DNA from: Leidyana gryllorum EB-2025a
Taxonomy: Eukaryota; Protista; Apicomplexa
DNA: 9,866 nt
Direction of reading: 5' to 3'
Assembly: GCA_048772705.1 (NCBI GenBank)
Contig: JBLWGC010000152.1
Coordinates: 1-9,866, forward strand
Part shown: positions 8,462 to 9,866 of the stretch, piece after piece
How the letters are laid out: each line of letters opens with the position of its first letter
Numbering within the stretch: position 1 is the first letter of the stretch
The notes under the pieces: model-generated
Databases searched by the model: none
The model's input: only the letters and a program-made list of their open reading frames with translations
Told to the model about the DNA's origin: nothing
Made by a program: the position numbers and the translations under genes

Positions 8462-9866
8462 TCACCATCTTGATCCCCCCGCCACGGAGAAGAGCTGCGA
8501 ACAACAGGGAGGGGCTACGGCATAAAGTTTTTGTTCCATTCTCCAACGTTTCAGGACGTTGCAACGCTTCGCTGGAGTATACTGCGCTTGATACCAAAGA
8601 GAGCCGCCTTGGATAGTGCCAAGTTCGATTGGAGTGAAGCCCATCGAAGGCAAACCTTGAGGATCAATCCGCTTCAACACCTCCCCATAGATTGATATTA
8701 TTGCTTCCAGTGGTGGCAAGGTAAAACCGCTCCACCGAAATTGAATCCTCAATGTCTCTAAGATTCTGGAGAGAACGGGATCCTACTGAGTTTCCCAGTC
8801 CTCTTTGTCAATGAACTGAAAATAATCTTCGAGTCGACTCGAAATATCTCCAAAGATGTGTTTTAAAGACCCAAGCTCGTAATCACCCGATATGAGTTCT
8901 AACAGACGTCTATTCGCCTCTTCACCGAAGTCTCTAACAACGCGAACACTCATGCGTATGGCTCGCCCACTCTTGCGTCGTCTGATGGCGTCCGCGATCA
9001 GATACCACCGGCCGTACGCTCCCGGCTCCATCTTCACTTCATAGTCCAACGCCACATATGACACTTTCCAAGCCTCGAAAAGTCTCACCAGAAAAACTAT
9101 GTCTCGAACCTTCTCGGGCTCCACTCTGAAGACAGCGACCACAACACAGTCCTCCGGGACTTCAAGTGGCTCCACGTTCGTATACCAAGACGGAAACCAG
9201 CCAGTGAAGATGAGTTCAACTCGCTTTACGTCACCCAGATGGGGAGGCGATGCGAAATCAAACGTTTTCAGGTCGATAAGAACTGGAGGTACGCTGAGTG
9301 GCGGCACCTTTTGTTCCTTCTTTCACGCTTAAAACTGTCTCCAAATGGACCGGCAGGGCCTTCAACTCCTTGGGGGCGTCCGCGAGATCCTCTAATACTC
9401 CTTCCAAGTGTTGCACTGGTGGCCAACAAGTATTGCTCCAGATCGTGAGGAGTTCTTGATCGTTCCAGACGCACTCCGAGAGATGTATGGGGACAGAGTT
9501 TGCATTCCAATGCGCCCACATCGCATCGAAACACCGATCGTAGTCATCCACAGACTCTCCATCACCGCTCCCTCCAGCCCCAGTGGACACTTTGCGGGCC
9601 AAAAGACCACAAAAACTCCCATCATCGTCCACTGAGTTTGGATTGATCGCCGTCCATCGACCGGCAGTCAGATCGAACCAAACCGATTATCGTCCGGGAA
9701 CGGTCCACAACTTTGTCGATCTTCCGAACCCTCCGCACTTCGGATAGTTGACATTCAATGTAGCAGCTCTCTTATCCAGAACTAGGGACTTCAGTTTGGG
9801 ACAACAGAGATGTACATGCTCGGCTTTGGGATATGCAGAAACTTTGAGCGCCTCCACCGACGTGCC
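8462..9866 (-). pseudogene. G3: third paralogue, 5' end outside the window; in-frame TAA (9687-9689), +1 frameshift (~9307-9326), in-frame TAG (8783-8785)
   Basis: From 9866 the frame reads GTSVEALKVSAYPKAEHVHLCCPKLKSLVLD (LRR-like) ...PGR*SVWF... and continues into ORF 9258-9632 (PPVQHLEGVLEDLADAP vs G2b PPVQSLDTIEKDLEDVP). It shifts into ORF 8783-9307 (WYLIADAIRRR), and after the TAG continues in the same frame (DPVLSRILETL) into ORF 8462-8752 (DPQGLPSMGF, WYQAQYTPAKRCNVLKRW). Confidence 0.85.

Noticed and set aside
423-8843. Two perfect 16-bp palindromes (acgtcgaattcgacgt 423-438; ttcgagtcgactcgaa 8828-8843)
   Set aside because: Both lie inside coding frames, differ in sequence and have no associated structure; only mildly above chance.
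8766-9326. 19-nt (9326-9308) and 21-nt (8786-8766) GT..AG micro-introns that would repair the G3 frameshift and TAG
   Set aside because: No branch sites and far shorter than the other candidates. The 21-nt one removes residues that align with both paralogues, and no equivalent fix exists for the TAA or the G1 shift.
5780-9635. Plus-strand ORFs and alternative-frame ORFs overlapping the paralogues
   Set aside because: Shadow ORFs of the conserved minus-strand frames, with no independent protein features.
1-9866. Transposon, endogenous virus or RIP-mutated region
   Set aside because: No transposase, RT, integrase or capsid motifs and no terminal repeats were recognised; GC content and CpG/CpA dinucleotides do not look depleted by eye.

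Overview
Eukaryotic genomic DNA of roughly 50% GC with short (40-60 nt) GT-AG intron candidates. Their CTRAC/CTGAT-type branch sites lie only a few nt from the 3' AG, a style that suggests a fungus such as a tremellomycete-like basidiomycete yeast; this is inference only. The window is dominated by a head-to-tail minus-strand array of diverged paralogues: G1 at 2479-3724, G2 at 5746-8251 (in two ORF pieces) and G3 at 8462->9866. They combine an F-box-like N-terminus (seen in G1 and G2), an LRR-like module and a conserved ~200-aa C-terminal domain I cannot assign to a known family (motifs WYLIADxxRR, ELxSGxY, PxxGF, WxxxQYTxxxxCxxLxRW). Each copy is interrupted by only 1-3 lesions (frameshifts, in-frame stops) and the copies differ in module content. 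Also present: a small predicted membrane protein gene with a probable terminal intron, a probable multi-exon minus-strand transcript missed by the ORF track (1764-2306), two unrelated tandem duplications that both have a 37-bp period, and degenerate ORF fragments. No RNA genes, CRISPR arrays or recognisable transposon genes were seen.
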